Assembly (NCBI GenBank): GCA_017609745.1
Contig: JAFCDK010000002.1
Coordinates: 1-61,726, forward strand
Length of the DNA stretch: 61,726 nucleotides
Direction of reading: 5' to 3'
From: Candidatus Pacearchaeota archaeon
GTDB lineage: Archaea > Nanobdellota > Nanobdellia > Pacearchaeales > GW2011-AR1
Below are positions 9,759 to 23,400 of this stretch, in pieces. The first letter of the stretch is position 1. The number at the start of each line of letters is the position of its first letter. The notes under the pieces are model-generated. The model was not told the DNA's origin. It saw nothing but the letters and a program-made list of their open reading frames with translations, and did not search any database. A program made the translations under genes and the position numbers.

Positions 9759-10562
9759 TTACTTATGCTGGTTACAATTTATTTTATTTATTTTATGATA
9801 TATATTCAATGACATAATTGAATCTTTAATAGGTTGTGGAGATTCATTAATAATTATTATATTTTTATTTTTCGGCAATCTTTCTAAAAGTTCTTTTATT
9901 TCTCTTGTTTTTGTTTTTATATGTCTTTTTTCTCCTTTTTCTCCATACTCAATTCCAGAAAAATGAATATGCCAATTTTTATATTTTGAGAATTTTTTAA
10001 TAATTTCTTTATAATTAATTCTTTTATATCTTGCTCTTATATGCGCAAAATCCAGGCAAAAATTCCCCCCAGTTTCATCCACTAATTTTTTTATTTCATC
10101 AATACTTCCAAAAACATTTTTCTTTCCAGTTGTTTCAGGACAAATTTTCATTTTCCAATTATTTTTCCTAATTGTTTTTTGCATATTAATTATTTCTTTT
10201 TTTATATTTTCATAAGTTTCTTCTGCATTCATCTTATTATAATATCCAGGATGAAATACAATACATGTTGCTTTTAACCAATTTGCAACTTCACAGCATT
10301 TTAATATTCTTTGTTTGCTTTTTTCAACTTTCTCTTTATCAGCAGAATTAAGATTTATCCAATAAGGTGCGTGAATGCTTAAACTAATCCCTAATTTCTT
10401 AGCCTCTTTTCCAATTTTTACAGCATCTTCTTTCTTTTTTATATAAATTTGATATGTAAATGCGATTTCACATGCCTTTAAGCCTAATTTATGATATTTT
10501 TCTAAATTATTAACAGCATCTTTAACTGCTCCAAGCCCAGCAGGTCCGAATTTAATTGTCAT
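9759..10562 (-). CDS. AP endonuclease family 2 / endonuclease IV-like TIM-barrel protein
   Basis: SIHAPYWINL, IVFHPGYY, CPETTGK, LDFAHI and HIHFSG follow the His/Asp/Glu metal-ligand spacing of the Nfo/xylose-isomerase-like fold. Confidence 0.6.
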   Translation of the reverse strand: MTIKFGPAGLGAVKDAVNNLEKYHKLGLKACEIAFTYQIYIKKKEDAVKIGKEAKKLGISLSIHAPYWINLNSADKEKVEKSKQRILKCCEVANWLKATCIVFHPGYYNKMNAEETYENIKKEIINMQKTIRKNNWKMKICPETTGKKNVFGSIDEIKKLVDETGGNFCLDFAHIRARYKRINYKEIIKKFSKYKNWHIHFSGIEYGEKGEKRHIKTKTREIKELLERLPKNKNIIIINESPQPIKDSIMSLNIYHKINKINCNQHK

Positions 10563-10757
10563 TTTACTATAAACGTAATTTAATATATAAATTTATATAA
10601 ATTCTGTAATATTATATTGAGAATGATAGTCTTATAATTGGACCATATCTCAAAAATCCAGTAATAAATTTACCAAAAGATTATCATAAAAGAAAATTTC
10701 CAATTCCTTTAAAAAATATAGTCGGCTATAAAAAAGAAGTCTCTCAACTATAATAGT

Positions 10758-11231
10758 TTAAAAAACTTTGATTAATTCTTCTTCAATTGTTCCGAGATTA
10801 TTCACTATATATTGATGAAATTTATTGATTATCATTGTCTGTATTTTTTCTTTTAATAAACCATTGCATTTTTCAAGGTCATTTTCTGGCTTAACAACCA
10901 AACCAAGAGGCACATAACAAGTCATTTTTTTACCAACAAGTTCTTCAACTTCTTTTATACCTGATTTTGCCTGTGCAACTTCAACTTCAACTTTGCATGT
11001 GTCTTTAGCTTCTCCAAATAAAGGACTTCCTTTTATTGTATAAAGCCATATAACATTTTTATCATTAGATAAATAATTAACTTTTTTACATCCTCTTAAA
11101 GCATCATTAAAACAAGACTCTTCGTTACATTTTCTTGTAAAATAAAAACTAAAATACAAAGTAGCTAAAGCTACTATAACAAAAATTACGAAGACAATTT
11201 TCAACGTCAGCCCTTTTCCTCTTTTATTCAT
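10758..11231 (-). CDS. Membrane-anchored hypothetical protein with conserved Cys residues
   Basis: 157 aa. N-terminal KRGKG plus a TM helix. TATA-like gtttaaaa about 21 nt upstream. Confidence 0.5.
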   Translation of the reverse strand: MNKRGKGLTLKIVFVIFVIVALATLYFSFYFTRKCNEESCFNDALRGCKKVNYLSNDKNVIWLYTIKGSPLFGEAKDTCKVEVEVAQAKSGIKEVEELVGKKMTCYVPLGLVVKPENDLEKCNGLLKEKIQTMIINKFHQYIVNNLGTIEEELIKVF

Positions 11232-11266
11232 AAATTAAGAAAGCAGAAGAAGTTTAAAAAACTTAG

Positions 11267-11361
11267 TATTGAGTTTTTAAACACAACCAAAAACATAGAA
11301 AATCAAAGATTTTCTTGCATTTAAACTTGCAAAGAAAAAAAGCAAGTTTAAAAACTCAATA
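11267..11361. repeat. Perfect 16-nt inverted repeat (tattgagtttttaaac / gtttaaaaactcaata) separated by 63 nt
   Basis: Arms at 11267-11282 and 11346-11361. The right arm covers the dnaG stop codon. A third partial copy lies at 11251-11265. Confidence 0.7.
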
Positions 11362-12502
11362 AATTAATTTTTGTATCAACATAGGCGAAATTGCTTGCAA
11401 CAACAAATCTACACTTATTTTTTTCTGCTGCTTTAATTATATTTATTGTTGCAGTTCCTTTAATTACCACAGCATAAATTTTTTCTTTTGATTTTGTTAA
11501 ACTAATTGCTGCTCCTTTTGTGCTTGTTTTCCTGATTATATTTAAATTTTTATCTAATAAATATACTTGATTTTTATCAAGCTCATTAAATAATTTTTCT
11601 AATTTTTCTTGATTAATTTCGCTTCCATCATCTGCTGATTCTGGCCGTGATGCAAGCCTGCTCCTTCCACGACCTCTAGTTCTTATAGAACTTAAAAATT
11701 CTTTTGTATCAACTTCTTTTCGCAGGCTTGCTAAAATTTCTTTGCCTCTCAGCTCTTCAACTTCCTTTCCATCTGGAGCTGTAACAACTGATTTTATATT
11801 TGCATTATCAATAACATTCTTTGCTATTAATTTTCCACCCCTGTCTCCATCAATAAATAAAACCAATTCTTTTTCTTTACCTAATTCTTTTATCGCTTTA
11901 GGAAGTTTTGTTCCATCCATTCCAATTACATTATAAACCCCATTTTTCAACAAATTTATAACATCTGCTCTGCCCTCTACAACAATAATTTCATTATTAT
12001 TTTCTATATCTCCTGCCGGCAATTTTTCATCACCATATTCTTGCAGTTTAGAAATTCTTGCAGAATCTTTTAAAGTTTTAGAAATTTCTCTTGAATCTGC
12101 ACTGCCCTCAATAGAAGCCATTAGTTTTTTAGCTCTATCTATTATATATTCTCGTTTATTTCCTCTAACATCTTCTATTTTTTCAACTTCAATTTTAGAT
12201 TCAGTCGGACCTATTTTTTCAATAGTTTCTATTGCTGCTGCTATTAATGTAGTTTCTGACTTATCTAAAGCAGAAGGAATTTCTATTTCTCCCGTAGTTT
12301 TTCCTTTTTCTGATTCTAATTCTACTTCAATTCTTCCTATTTTTCCTTCTTTTTGCAAATCTCTTAGTTCTAAATCAGCACCGAGCAAACCTTCTGTTTG
12401 GCCAAACAAAGCACCGATAACATCTGGCTTTTCTACAGCACCTTCAGCTTTGAAATTTGCAAATACCATATATTTTATTGATACTGGACTTATTTTTGCC
12501 AT
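11348..12502 (-). CDS. dnaG: Archaeal DnaG (TOPRIM primase-like, exosome-associated)
   Basis: VIGALFGQTEGLLG, IIVVEGRADVINL and LFIDGDRGGKLI (TOPRIM). GGAG lies 12 nt upstream of the ATG. Confidence 0.85.
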   Translation of the reverse strand: MAKISPVSIKYMVFANFKAEGAVEKPDVIGALFGQTEGLLGADLELRDLQKEGKIGRIEVELESEKGKTTGEIEIPSALDKSETTLIAAAIETIEKIGPTESKIEVEKIEDVRGNKREYIIDRAKKLMASIEGSADSREISKTLKDSARISKLQEYGDEKLPAGDIENNNEIIVVEGRADVINLLKNGVYNVIGMDGTKLPKAIKELGKEKELVLFIDGDRGGKLIAKNVIDNANIKSVVTAPDGKEVEELRGKEILASLRKEVDTKEFLSSIRTRGRGRSRLASRPESADDGSEINQEKLEKLFNELDKNQVYLLDKNLNIIRKTSTKGAAISLTKSKEKIYAVVIKGTATINIIKAAEKNKCRFVVASNFAYVDTKINLLSF

Positions 12503-12724
12503 ATTACTTTTTCTCCTATTTCATTTATTTCTTTCGAAATTTCGAAATTTATTATTTAATTTAATCAATAGAAAAATATTAGAATATGCTCAAGGCATTT
12601 CTGCCCGTGTTTATCAAACATCAAAAATATCAAAAATGATAATAATCTGATTGTGAACTGTGATTGTGATAATCTAATAATATTTTCTATTATATTAATA
12701 CATAAAGAATTGGGTTTTTAAAGG

Positions 12725-13138
12725 TTAAAATGCCTTTTTATCAAATCTCTCATCATGCATCTTATGCATTTCCTTAATTTTCTTTTTCCCCATAAAAGGA
12801 TGCCATTTATCTTCTGCTCTTTTGACATCTCGTTTATATGCTGTTTTTGTTCTTACTGTAAATTGGAAGACCACTATTTTGTAATTATATTTTTTAATGT
12901 ATTGGTTAATATATTTTCTAAGAGTTTCCTCTGACATCTCTTCAATAATAATATCTTTTTTTGAAGGCATCACAACTTTTAAAACCGCGAATAAGGATTT
13001 TTTCCCTAAATCTTTTCCTAGATTGGTTTTAAGATTAGCGTGATCAACAAAAAGCCAACATTTCATAACTTTCCTTTTTTTCAACATAGCATAAGCTGTT
13101 GATTTTCCACGTAAAATTACAAGTTTTGGTTGTTTCAT
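12725..13138 (-). CDS. Hypothetical protein (possibly a degenerate P-loop kinase-like fold)
   Basis: 137 aa. KLVILRGKSTAYAML resembles a Walker A with the Gly-rich loop deleted. ATGA overlap with the upstream gene. Confidence 0.45.
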   Translation of the reverse strand: MKQPKLVILRGKSTAYAMLKKRKVMKCWLFVDHANLKTNLGKDLGKKSLFAVLKVVMPSKKDIIIEEMSEETLRKYINQYIKKYNYKIVVFQFTVRTKTAYKRDVKRAEDKWHPFMGKKKIKEMHKMHDERFDKKAF

Positions 13139-13944
13139 CTCAACCTCAAAACCAGAAAACTTGCAATTAATAATAAAACACCTGACAAAATTCCTAGAGA
13201 ATTATTCAACTGACTTCCTATAACATTCCCAGTAATATTTGCTCCAGAAAGCACTAAAATTCCAACTCCCACAATCCCAAAAATTCCAGCTGCAACTTTT
13301 TCTGGCATAAAATATTTTGTTAAAACCTCTTCTGTAGTTTTTACTCCTTGTTTAGTTCTTTCTCTAATTGCTCTCTTAAATGCTTTATATTTTCCTTTAT
13401 TCATTAATCCATTTTCATAAAGAATATTTACTGCAGCATCTGTAAATCCCATATCATAGACTGTTGCAACAGCAGAAGCTAATTCAGGCATTCTTTCAGC
13501 ATAATCTCCTGATTTAAATAAAGAATATAACTCCCTAAAAGAGCCCATAACATCATCTAAATATTTTTCTCCACTAAGAATATCTCTTGCTGTTCCTCCA
13601 CCAAACCATTTTTTAGCATCTCTTTCCCAGCTTTTTCTTAAAACAAGTTCTTTTCCTTTATCTGTGAATAATTCTCCTGAAGCAATATAACCTGCAGTAT
13701 TTTCATATAATTTTTTAATAGCCTCAATCTGTTGTGTTTCAGTTTCATATTCTTGAAGCTCTTCAATTGCTTCTCCAACATGTTCTTTTAACTTCTTTTT
13801 GTCAATATGACTAACAAGAAAATCTTCTTGAGCTTTAAATCTCGGATGATGTTCAATAATTGCTTCAATTCCTTCTTCAACAGCTGAATTAATAACTTTT
13901 CCTAAATCAATCTTTTTCTGTTCTCTTTGCCCTCTTTTTGCCAT
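13135..13944 (-). CDS. Hypothetical protein with a C-terminal double TM anchor
   Basis: 269 aa, helical N-terminal domain, hydrophobic C-terminus. No family recognised. Confidence 0.5.
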   Translation of the reverse strand: MAKRGQREQKKIDLGKVINSAVEEGIEAIIEHHPRFKAQEDFLVSHIDKKKLKEHVGEAIEELQEYETETQQIEAIKKLYENTAGYIASGELFTDKGKELVLRKSWERDAKKWFGGGTARDILSGEKYLDDVMGSFRELYSLFKSGDYAERMPELASAVATVYDMGFTDAAVNILYENGLMNKGKYKAFKRAIRERTKQGVKTTEEVLTKYFMPEKVAAGIFGIVGVGILVLSGANITGNVIGSQLNNSLGILSGVLLLIASFLVLRLR

Positions 13945-13994
13945 ATTAATATTAAGAAAATATAGTTAATAAAGTTTGCTTTCATGAAACATCT

Positions 13995-14440
13995 TTAAAC
14001 ACTTACAGCATCATGCATTGCTCTAGCAGCACTTCTATAAGTCCCCTTTGCTAATTGATTATGTCTAGGAATTGTTGTTATTCTTTTTGAACCTTGATAA
14101 ACACTTACATGTTTCCACCTTCTTTAATATCAAAACCTAATCTTCTTGCATATCTTCTTAATTCTTTAGAATCTCCAACTTTTCCAGTTTGAAGTGTATG
14201 TTCTAATTCTCTTATTGTTCTTTGTTCAACACCAGCCCCCCACAACAACACAACACCAACCACAAAAAACAAAAATCCAAGCCAAAAATTAACAGGAATT
14301 TCAAAAGTTTCTGTAATTGTAAATCCTGTTATCCCCTTAGAAACTAAGAACATAAAAACAAAACTCTTTAATACAAAATAAACTCCAGCAATCTTTTTCC
14401 AGTTCTTTTTTGTTTTTTTCCAGAATCTGCCCCTTTTCAT
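13995..14440 (-). pseudogene. 2-TM membrane protein fused to a HicA/YcfA-like domain, interrupted by a 1-nt frameshift near 14108-14116
   Basis: The track ORF 14105..14440 ends ...ELRRYARRLGFDIKEGGNM*. The frame shifted by one base continues KHVSVYQGSKRITTIPRHNQLAKGTYRSAARAMHDAVSV* (stop 13995-13997). Together these match the HicA pattern L..GF...G(S/K)H....T.P.H..L..GT. Confidence 0.55.
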
Positions 14441-17400
14441 AAAAATAAAGAGAAAAAGAGATTAATAAAATTATCTAATTATAATAATATTTAATAATAG
14501 AAATACATTAATATTAAATCTAGATAGGGGTAGCTTAATGAATAAAGCAACTCACCGACTCAGAGTTAGAGGTGGTTTGAATCTCGCCTCCCCAGAGAAA
14601 CAATAGTATTACATACTTGTTTCATACAAATATTATAGGCTCTTATCTTTAAATATCTCTCTATTCACTCCTTTTCAAATCAACAGCTTCTTTGATTTTG
14701 CCCATGCGTTCATAAAGTTTAATCAATTTTTGTTTTATTTCAGATTTTTGATTTTCATCTTTTACAAGTTGCCGGAGTTTTTCATAAATCCGCACAGCAT
14801 GAACTCTTTTGTCTTGTTTTTCAAAATTTTCTGCCTGCTCCCAGTAATATCTTATTATTTCTCCTTCTACTTGTTTTTTCTGTTCTATATTTCCACAAGC
14901 AAGTGATTTTCTATAACAAATATCAGCATCATTTAACATTCCAGCTTTAACATATAATTTTGCCGCCTTTAGATAATTTTCTATCTTGTCAATATATCTT
15001 ACAGAAATTTCAGAATTACTAACAGCATATTTAGCAGCTTGAGAATACATTTTCCTCTGCAAATAAATTTCAATTAGCATATCCTGAACAAATTTCTTAA
15101 TATCGAATGTTATGGGAGTCTTCAAACACTCTTCTAAATATTCTATTTTAAGAAAATCACTCATAGAGTCAGCTCTCTCCTGAATTTGTTTTTTTGTTCT
15201 CTCTTTAATCTGCATACAGAAAAAAACAAAATTCTATATTTAAGGATTATTGAGATAAGTTGATACCTTGTTCTCTTAATTCTTTTACTTCTAATATTTT
15301 TGTAATATGCTCCAAGCCCCCAGTTACTAATAAATTTCTTATTTTTTTTATTGCTCTTTTTTTACTATTAGTATATATACTAACACTATGTTTCTTTCTC
15401 TCAATAAATTCTTTTTCTTCTTTGTCTATTTTACCAAACATAACTTTTAAAGAATAATGTGGAACATATTGATTTTCATTAACTACTGGAAGAATTTCAA
15501 AAACACAAGTATCATATCTTCTATCAATTTTTCTAAAAAAATTTACATGATTTTTAGGAAGAGTGTCTCTCATATATAAACAAAGAATTAGTTTTATTTA
15601 TATTTTATTGTATTTAAATTTCTATAAATTTTGTAATATTTTCTAATTCACTATAATTTTTTAAGTATTTTTTTATTTGTTTTTTTAATCTATATCTTTT
15701 TAATTGGCCTTTTTTATTTTTATCTAAAGGAACTGAATATTTTTTTACATTTGCACCTTTGATAGAATAAAATTTCCCATTCATTACATCAATTTTTCCA
15801 ACTTCAATAATAGCATGATAATTGCCTACTGTATCTTTTACAATCTGATATCTACATGCAGTATATTTTACTTTTTTATCTTCTTCAGCTTTTTTCTTTT
15901 TTAACTTATCAATTGCCATGATATTTAAAGAAAACTTTTGTTTTTATGTTTTATTGTAGAAAAAGATAAGTCTATTTCCCAACTTTCTCTGATTTCTATC
16001 TTCTTTTTGATATAGCCCTCATTACTTCATCGTGTCTTTGATGGAAACTTACATATTCTGATTCTTTTACATCTCCATACAGAGGATCATCTACAGGAGC
16101 TCTTATTCTTCTCTCATCACCAGTTTCTGGGTGTGTGAATACTAATTCTACTTGTTTTTCTATTCCTTCTCCTACTGCCATTCTTGAACAATCAACTGCT
16201 CCACTAAATTGAGTATAACCTTCTTCTATAACATCATTAACTTGTGCATAAGCTCGTTCCCCTTCAGCTTCTTCATATTTTGATTTTGTTATAGATATAC
16301 CCTCAGACAAAATATATCCATTTCCAAAATGTTTGCCCATTCTACTTTTTCTTTCATCTGCCATCTTAATTTCTCCTTAGTCTTGTTTTGGCCTCTTATT
16401 TCCCAACTTTCTTCTCAACTAAATCAGTGCAGACTCCTGCAGCAACTGTAACTCCAGCGTCTCTAATTGCAAATCTCGCCATATGTGGATTGTCAGCTTG
16501 TTTTTCAATAACTAAGTTTCCCTGTGGTTTGATTTTTACAATTCCTACATCTCCGTTTTTTAAGAAATCAGGATTTTCTTGTGAAATTTCTCCTGTCTTA
16601 GGATCTAGTTTTCCTACTAATTCAATAAATTGGCAAGGAACTTGAGCTGTGTGTACATGAAATACAGGTGTATAACCTTTAGCAATCACAGTTGGGTGAT
16701 TAATTACAGCAATTCTAGCTGTAAATTCTTCTGCTATTGATGCAGGTTTAGATGCATCACAAATAACATCTCCTCTTGCAACATCTTTTTTACCTATTCC
16801 TCTAACATTAATTCCAACATTATCTCCTGCTACTGCTTCATTCATTGATTCATGATGCATTTCTATTGTTTTAACTTCTCCTTCAATACCTGTGCCACTT
16901 CTTCCTGGAAGTGCAATAACTTTTTGACCTATTTTCATAATTCCTGTTTCTATTTTCCCAACAGGTATTGTGCCTACTCCAGTAATTGTATAAACATCTT
17001 GAATAGACATTCTTAATGGTAAATCTGTAGGTTTCTTAGGTTCATCAAATTTATCAAATTGTTCAAGTATTGTGGGCCCTTTATACCAAGGCATGTTTTC
17101 TGATTTTTTAGCAATATTATCACCCTTTAATCCAGAAGCTGCAATAAATTCAACTTCATCTACTTTATAACCTACTGTTTGAAGTAATTTTGAAATATCT
17201 TCTTTTACTTTATTAAATGCATCTTCTTTATAATCTACTGTATCCATTTTATTTACAATAACTGCAACTTGGCTAACACCCATTGTTTTTAATAACCATA
17301 AATGTTCTTGAGTTTGTGGCTGAACACCTTCTTTTGCAGCAACTGTTAAAAAAGCAGCATCTGCTTGAGATGCTCCAGTAATCATATTCTTAACAAAGTC

Positions 17401-20400
17401 CTTATGACCTGGTGCATCAATTATTGTTATCTGGAATTTCTGAGTCATTAATTTCTGATAAGCAAGATCAATAGTAACTCCTCTTTCTCTTTCTTCTTTA
17501 ATTTTATCCATTATGTAAGCAAACTCAAAACCAACTTTGCCCTGTTTTTCAGCCTCCTCTTTCAATTTCTTCATCTGCTGTTCTGGAATTATTCCACTCT
17601 GGAACATCAGTTGCCCTATACATGTTGATTTTCCGTGGTCAACATGTCCCACAAACACTACATTTAAATTTGGTTTTTCATGAGCCATTTTTCTATAATT
17701 TGATAAAAAATAAGGTTTATAAATGTTTTGGGGCTTTTTTAATTAAATTAAATAAGGGAAGTTTTAAGCAGCAAGATTCTCTAATAATTTATTTACATTA
17801 TGAACAATCTGACTGCAAATTTTGTCTTTATATTCTGGATTCATATTCTTCAATCTCTCTGTTTTTCCAAAACCAAATCCTGTGTTGTCTGCTGTGGCTA
17901 TAATAAAATCTTTAAACATTATCTCAGTTCTTTCAAATCCTAAACCATTATGCCAATAATGAATCTTAGCAATTTTTTTAGAATCAGACATTATTCCACC
18001 TCGAGTTTCAACTGTATAAAACCAATGAGAAGTTTCTGGATTATCTCCTACTTTACGATTAATATCTCTATTTTCTAATTTAATATCAACCTTTACTTTA
18101 AGCATATAAAAAAATATTTTCAGAATTTATAAGAATTATTGCGATTACTGATTCTCTTCCAATCCCTTTCTATCTCTAATTTTTTTGATTACATTTTCTT
18201 GCATTTCCTTCGGCATTTTTTCAAAAGCCTGATTAAGCAGAGATGAAACTCCACGTCCTTCTGTTGCACTTCGTAAATCACTGCTCCATCCAATCATCTC
18301 AGCAACAGGAAGTTTAGCATTTATTACTGACATCCCTCCTTCTTGTTTCATATCAAGCAGCTGACCCCTTTTCTTTGTAATTAATTTTGTAACTTCACTC
18401 ATAAACTGAACAGGACATTCAATAACATAAGTTTGAATTGGTTCATAAATTACAGGTAATGTTTTTCTCATAGCCTGGTAAATAGCATTTCTTACAGCAG
18501 GATAAACTTGTGCAGGGCCTCTATGAATTGCATCTTCATGTAATTTTGTGTCCATTAAAGAAACTTTCATTTTCATACATCTTTCCCTTGCCATTGGACC
18601 AGCATCAATAACTTGTTCAAAAGCATCCATAACCATTTCTATAACTTCTCCAATATGAACTTCCCCCCTTGTCTGGTCAAGCAAAACATTGTCTTTGTAA
18701 ATTTCTCTGTAATTTCTTATTTCATCCCCGTTGATTCCTAATTCAGAAAGTTTTTCAGCTAATTGCCTATCTTTTTTCTTTACTCTACCTTCACTAATTT
18801 CCCCACTTCTTATTGCCTGATATACTTCTTCCTCTAAAGGTTCTACTTTCATAAAAAATATATTGTGCTTATTTGGCGACCTTCCTTCAACTGTCGGAGA
18901 TTCTTTTATAACTGTTTCTCTATAAACAACAATCGGCGGTGAAGTTTTAACATCAACACCCTTTTCTGTTTTAATTCTATTTTCTATAATCTCTAAATGT
19001 AATTCACCCATACCAGATATTAAATTTTCTCCAGTCTCTTCATTAATTTCTATTTTAATACTTGGGTCTTCTTTATTTACTTCCCTAAGAACTTCAACTA
19101 ATTTAGGCAAATCAGCAGCTTTATTCGCTTCAATAGATTTTGTAACAACCGGTTCAAATATATGCTTGATAGCTTCAAAAGGTTCTATAGGCGAGGTGCT
19201 TATTGTTTCACCAGCATAAACATTTTTTAATCCAGTAATTCCAATTATATTTCCAGCAGGAACTTCATTTATTTGAATTCTCTGAATACCTTTGTAAATC
19301 GAGATTTGCTGAAGCCTGCTTGTTTTTTTCGCAAGATTCATATAAACCTCATCTCCTTGTTTTAAGGTGCCTGAAAATAATCTTCCAGCCGCAACTTCTC
19401 CCGCATTTTTATCAATAACAATTTTTGTACAAACAAAAGCGAGTTTTCCATTTGCATCACATTTAAGTAAATTTTTTCCTAATTCAGAATCAATATCTCC
19501 ATGCCAGATTTTTGGGATTCTATATTCTTGAGCTTCTATGGGGGTGGGGTGGTGTTTTACAACCATGTCAAGAACAACTTTATGCAAGGGCGCTTTTTTT
19601 GCTAATTCTTTATATTCTTCTCCACCTGAAGAATAAGCATCAATTATATCTTTAAAACTAATTTTGTTTTTTTCCATAAAAGCCATACTCAATGCCCAGT
19701 TATGAAACGCACTTCCGAAAGCAACACTGCCGTCTTTAACATTAACTTTCCATTTTTGTTTATATCCTGGTTCAGCAATATTTTCTATAAGCTGATTTAC
19801 AGAATCAATTATTTTAATAAATCTATTCTGTATTTGTTCTGGAGTTAATTTTATTTCTTTGATTAATCTATCAACTTTATTAATAAAAAGAACTGGTTTT
19901 ACTCTTTCTTTTAAAGCCTGTCTAAGAACAGTTTCTGTTTGAGGCATACAGCCCTCACTTGCACAAACCAAAACAATAGCACCATCTACTGCTCTCATAG
20001 CTCTTGTTACATCGCCGCCAAAATCTACATGTCCTGGTGTATCAATCAAATTAATAAGATAATCCGTGTTTTCAACATCATGAACCATAGAAACATTAGC
20101 AGCATCTATTGTAATTCCTCTTGAAGTTTCATCTTCATGAAAATCAAGAATAAGTTGCTTGCCAGCAAGTTCTTCAGACATCATGCCAGCACCAGCCAAA
20201 AGATTGTCGCTGAATGTAGTTTTGCCGTGGTCAATGTGTGCAGCAATAGCTATGTTTCTAATTTTATCCTGTTGTTTCATTAATTCTTTGATTTTTTGAA
20301 GTTTTGTATCACTCGCCATTTTTTATTTTATCTTGCTGAGTCAGCCTGCTTTTCACTCTCATTTTTCTTTTGAAAAGCATAACTTTCATTGCTGGATTCT

Positions 20401-23400
20401 GACGCTAATTTTATTTCTTCAGCAAGTCCCTGAATAATATTCTTTTTTTTATTAAATGCCTTATCATAACCACCATGAACTAAATATCTTAAAGCTAAAT
20501 CAATTCTTTTTATAGGAGACATGTCAGCTGCTTGAGGATAACGCGCCCCACCATATTCGATTACAGTTATTCCATCTCTTGGAGCTGCATTTTCAATTGC
20601 TTTTACAAGAATTTGAATAGGATTTTCATCGTTGTTCTTTCCAAGCAATTCTAAAACACCTAAAACAATTTTCATGTTTTTCTTATATTTACCTGTTGCT
20701 TGTTTTGTCATGATTTTATGTTTTTTCCCTCGGTGTCCAGGTACAGCAATATGATTTGCAAATCTTTCTATAATATTCATTTCTGCTTTTTCAAATCTAT
20801 TTCTTTTTCTACCTCTGCTTTTTAAAACCAAGCGCGGCTGTAAATTAATATAAGCACGAAGTGCTGGGTCTTCAACTTTCACATCTTGAGTTTCATATAT
20901 ATCAAAGATTTTGAATTCTTGATTTTCAGATTTCTCAGATTTTGTTTGAATTTCAGTTTTTGTTCCATTTGATAATGCCCCATATTTATTTGTTTTTTCT
21001 TCTCTCATTTTACCTCCTCCCTTTTTCAATCTTGCCACTGACTAATCTATGCAATGGCTGGTCATTTACTTTAATAATTTGAAATCTAACACCCGGAATA
21101 TCTCCTTTACTTCTTCCCTGTTTCCCTCCAATTCTTTCAATCATAACTTCATCATGCTCATCAATAAATTTTTGCGCAAGGTTTCCAGGAATAAAAGCAG
21201 TAATTATTTTTGCATTTTTAATCAACTGAACTCTGCAACATTTTCTCATAGCAGAATTTGGCTGTTTTGCCTCTTTTTGAACTTTTTCAGTTACAATTCC
21301 TTTTGCCTGGTTCTTGCCTTCAAGAGGGTCTGATTTTTCATATAATCCGAGATTTCTAATTTTATATTTTCTATCGCTCCATCTAAATTTCTGCCTTTTT
21401 TTTGCAAGTTTTCTCGCACTCATTAATCCCATAATACCCACAATAAAAATTGCTTTTTAAAGATTGCGTTGTAAATTGATAATTTTTATAAAGAAGAATT
21501 TATAGGGTATTATATGAAATACAGATTTAGTAGAAACTTAACTAAGAGAATTACAGATGAGAGTTATGAATCTTTGAGTTCTGAATTATTAAATATAGGG
21601 GTGAGGAATATAGTTCGGGGAGGTTACATTGAAGGTCAAGTTAAAGGATTAGAATTATATGTATCATTATCTCCAACTTTTTTATGCGATTTCTTAAAAA
21701 GAAGAACTTCAGAAAAACCAATAAGGATAAAAAAATCTTAATTTTATTTTCAAACAACTCGAAATCCTTTATTAAAATATTGCTTGATTATTTTTTGCAT
21801 TTCAATAAGTCGAACTTTATTTCTGCCAATTAACATTGCCTTGCATTGGGGTCCTCCGCTAACAATTACTTCGTCTGGTTTTATTTCTATATTTCTGAAT
21901 TTTGTAGGGTATATCATATTCAATATAAACTCCTCAATATCTTGTTCTGTTTCAGGTTTTGCAATAACTTTGACCCGCTTTCCTATAATAGAACTAATTT
22001 TCTTGACGTTTTTCCCATCTTCACCAATTGCTTTAGAAACTTTGGACTTATTAATAATAAAAATTATATTATTATAATATTCAAAACAATGATTAGGTCT
22101 AATTCTACTTATTTTTTCAAATAAGTTAAGATATCTCATAAATTTCATATCAAGAGTTTTTACCATGCTAAAATTTTCATCACCTTTAATAGTCTCTTAT
22201 AAAAAAGTGGTTTTATAAATCTGTTGGTTTTACTAAACATTCATCTGTTGGGCGGGGAGTTTGTTGCAACATTTTTATTTTCTCTTCTCAACCTTTTTCA
22301 CAACTTTTTTAACTGCATTCTTTGTTTCCCTTTTTATTTTTTTCTTTTTGGTCTTTGCCTCAGCCTTTTCAATCTTTTTCCTTTCACTCCTCATATCTTC
22401 TTTTTTTGCCAGTGGTCCAGTTACTTTAACTAAAAGTCCTGGAAGTCCGGTTCCAATTGGAACTGGCTGATTTAAAATTATATTTTCAATTACACTTGAC
22501 AATTTATCTTTACTTGCTTTAATTGTTGCATTTACAAATTGTTTAATTGGGGTCTCAAAACTTGCTCTGGCTAAAATACTGCTTTTTTCAGAAATAATCC
22601 CCATTCTTGTGACCCCCTTTATACTTCCAGACATACAAATAGCATCTGATATAAGTTCAAGATGTCGCTCGTCTATATCAAGTCCTTGAGATCCAATAAC
22701 TTTTCTAATTTCATTAACAATAATTTGTCTTGCAACTTCAATTCCAAAGACTTCTTGAGTTTCATATAAATCATTTGTAATTGTTTTTGCAGGATTAACT
22801 CCTTTGAATTTAATAATCTCTTTGAGATTGCTTCCAGCAGTAAGAATAATAAAATCTCTATCTCTCTTAACAATCAAAACCTGTTCTATTCCTTTAACAC
22901 CAGAAATTATTGTATCTTTCAACCTTTCTTTTAATTTATAAATTTCTTTAAAATCCATATCACTTGCCTTAATAATTATTGATTTATCTTTTGTTTTTAC
23001 ATCAAATCCTTTATCTTTTAATTTGCTTGTAATGGTTCCGATAGAAGTATGTATTCGCCTTATCATTGCGAGGTCTAAAACAATCTCCAATTTCTTGCTT
23101 GCAAAATCAATATTTATTTCTGAAGTTACATCTTTAATTTTGACTTCTCTTATTTTTTCTGCAATTATTTTAGCATCTTTTTCATTATTTGATTGTTTAT
23201 TAAGACAAATTTCCATATAAGGTGTTGAAGGTTTTTTTCTTGCATCAAAAATTTCAATTAATCTAGGAAGACCTTGGGTGATTTGCATTTCTTGAACACC
23301 TGCAAAGTGAAATACATTTAATGCCATTTGAGTTGACGGTTCTCCAAAACTTTGAGCAGTAATAATTCCGATAGCCTCTCCTGGCTCTATTTTTTTCTTT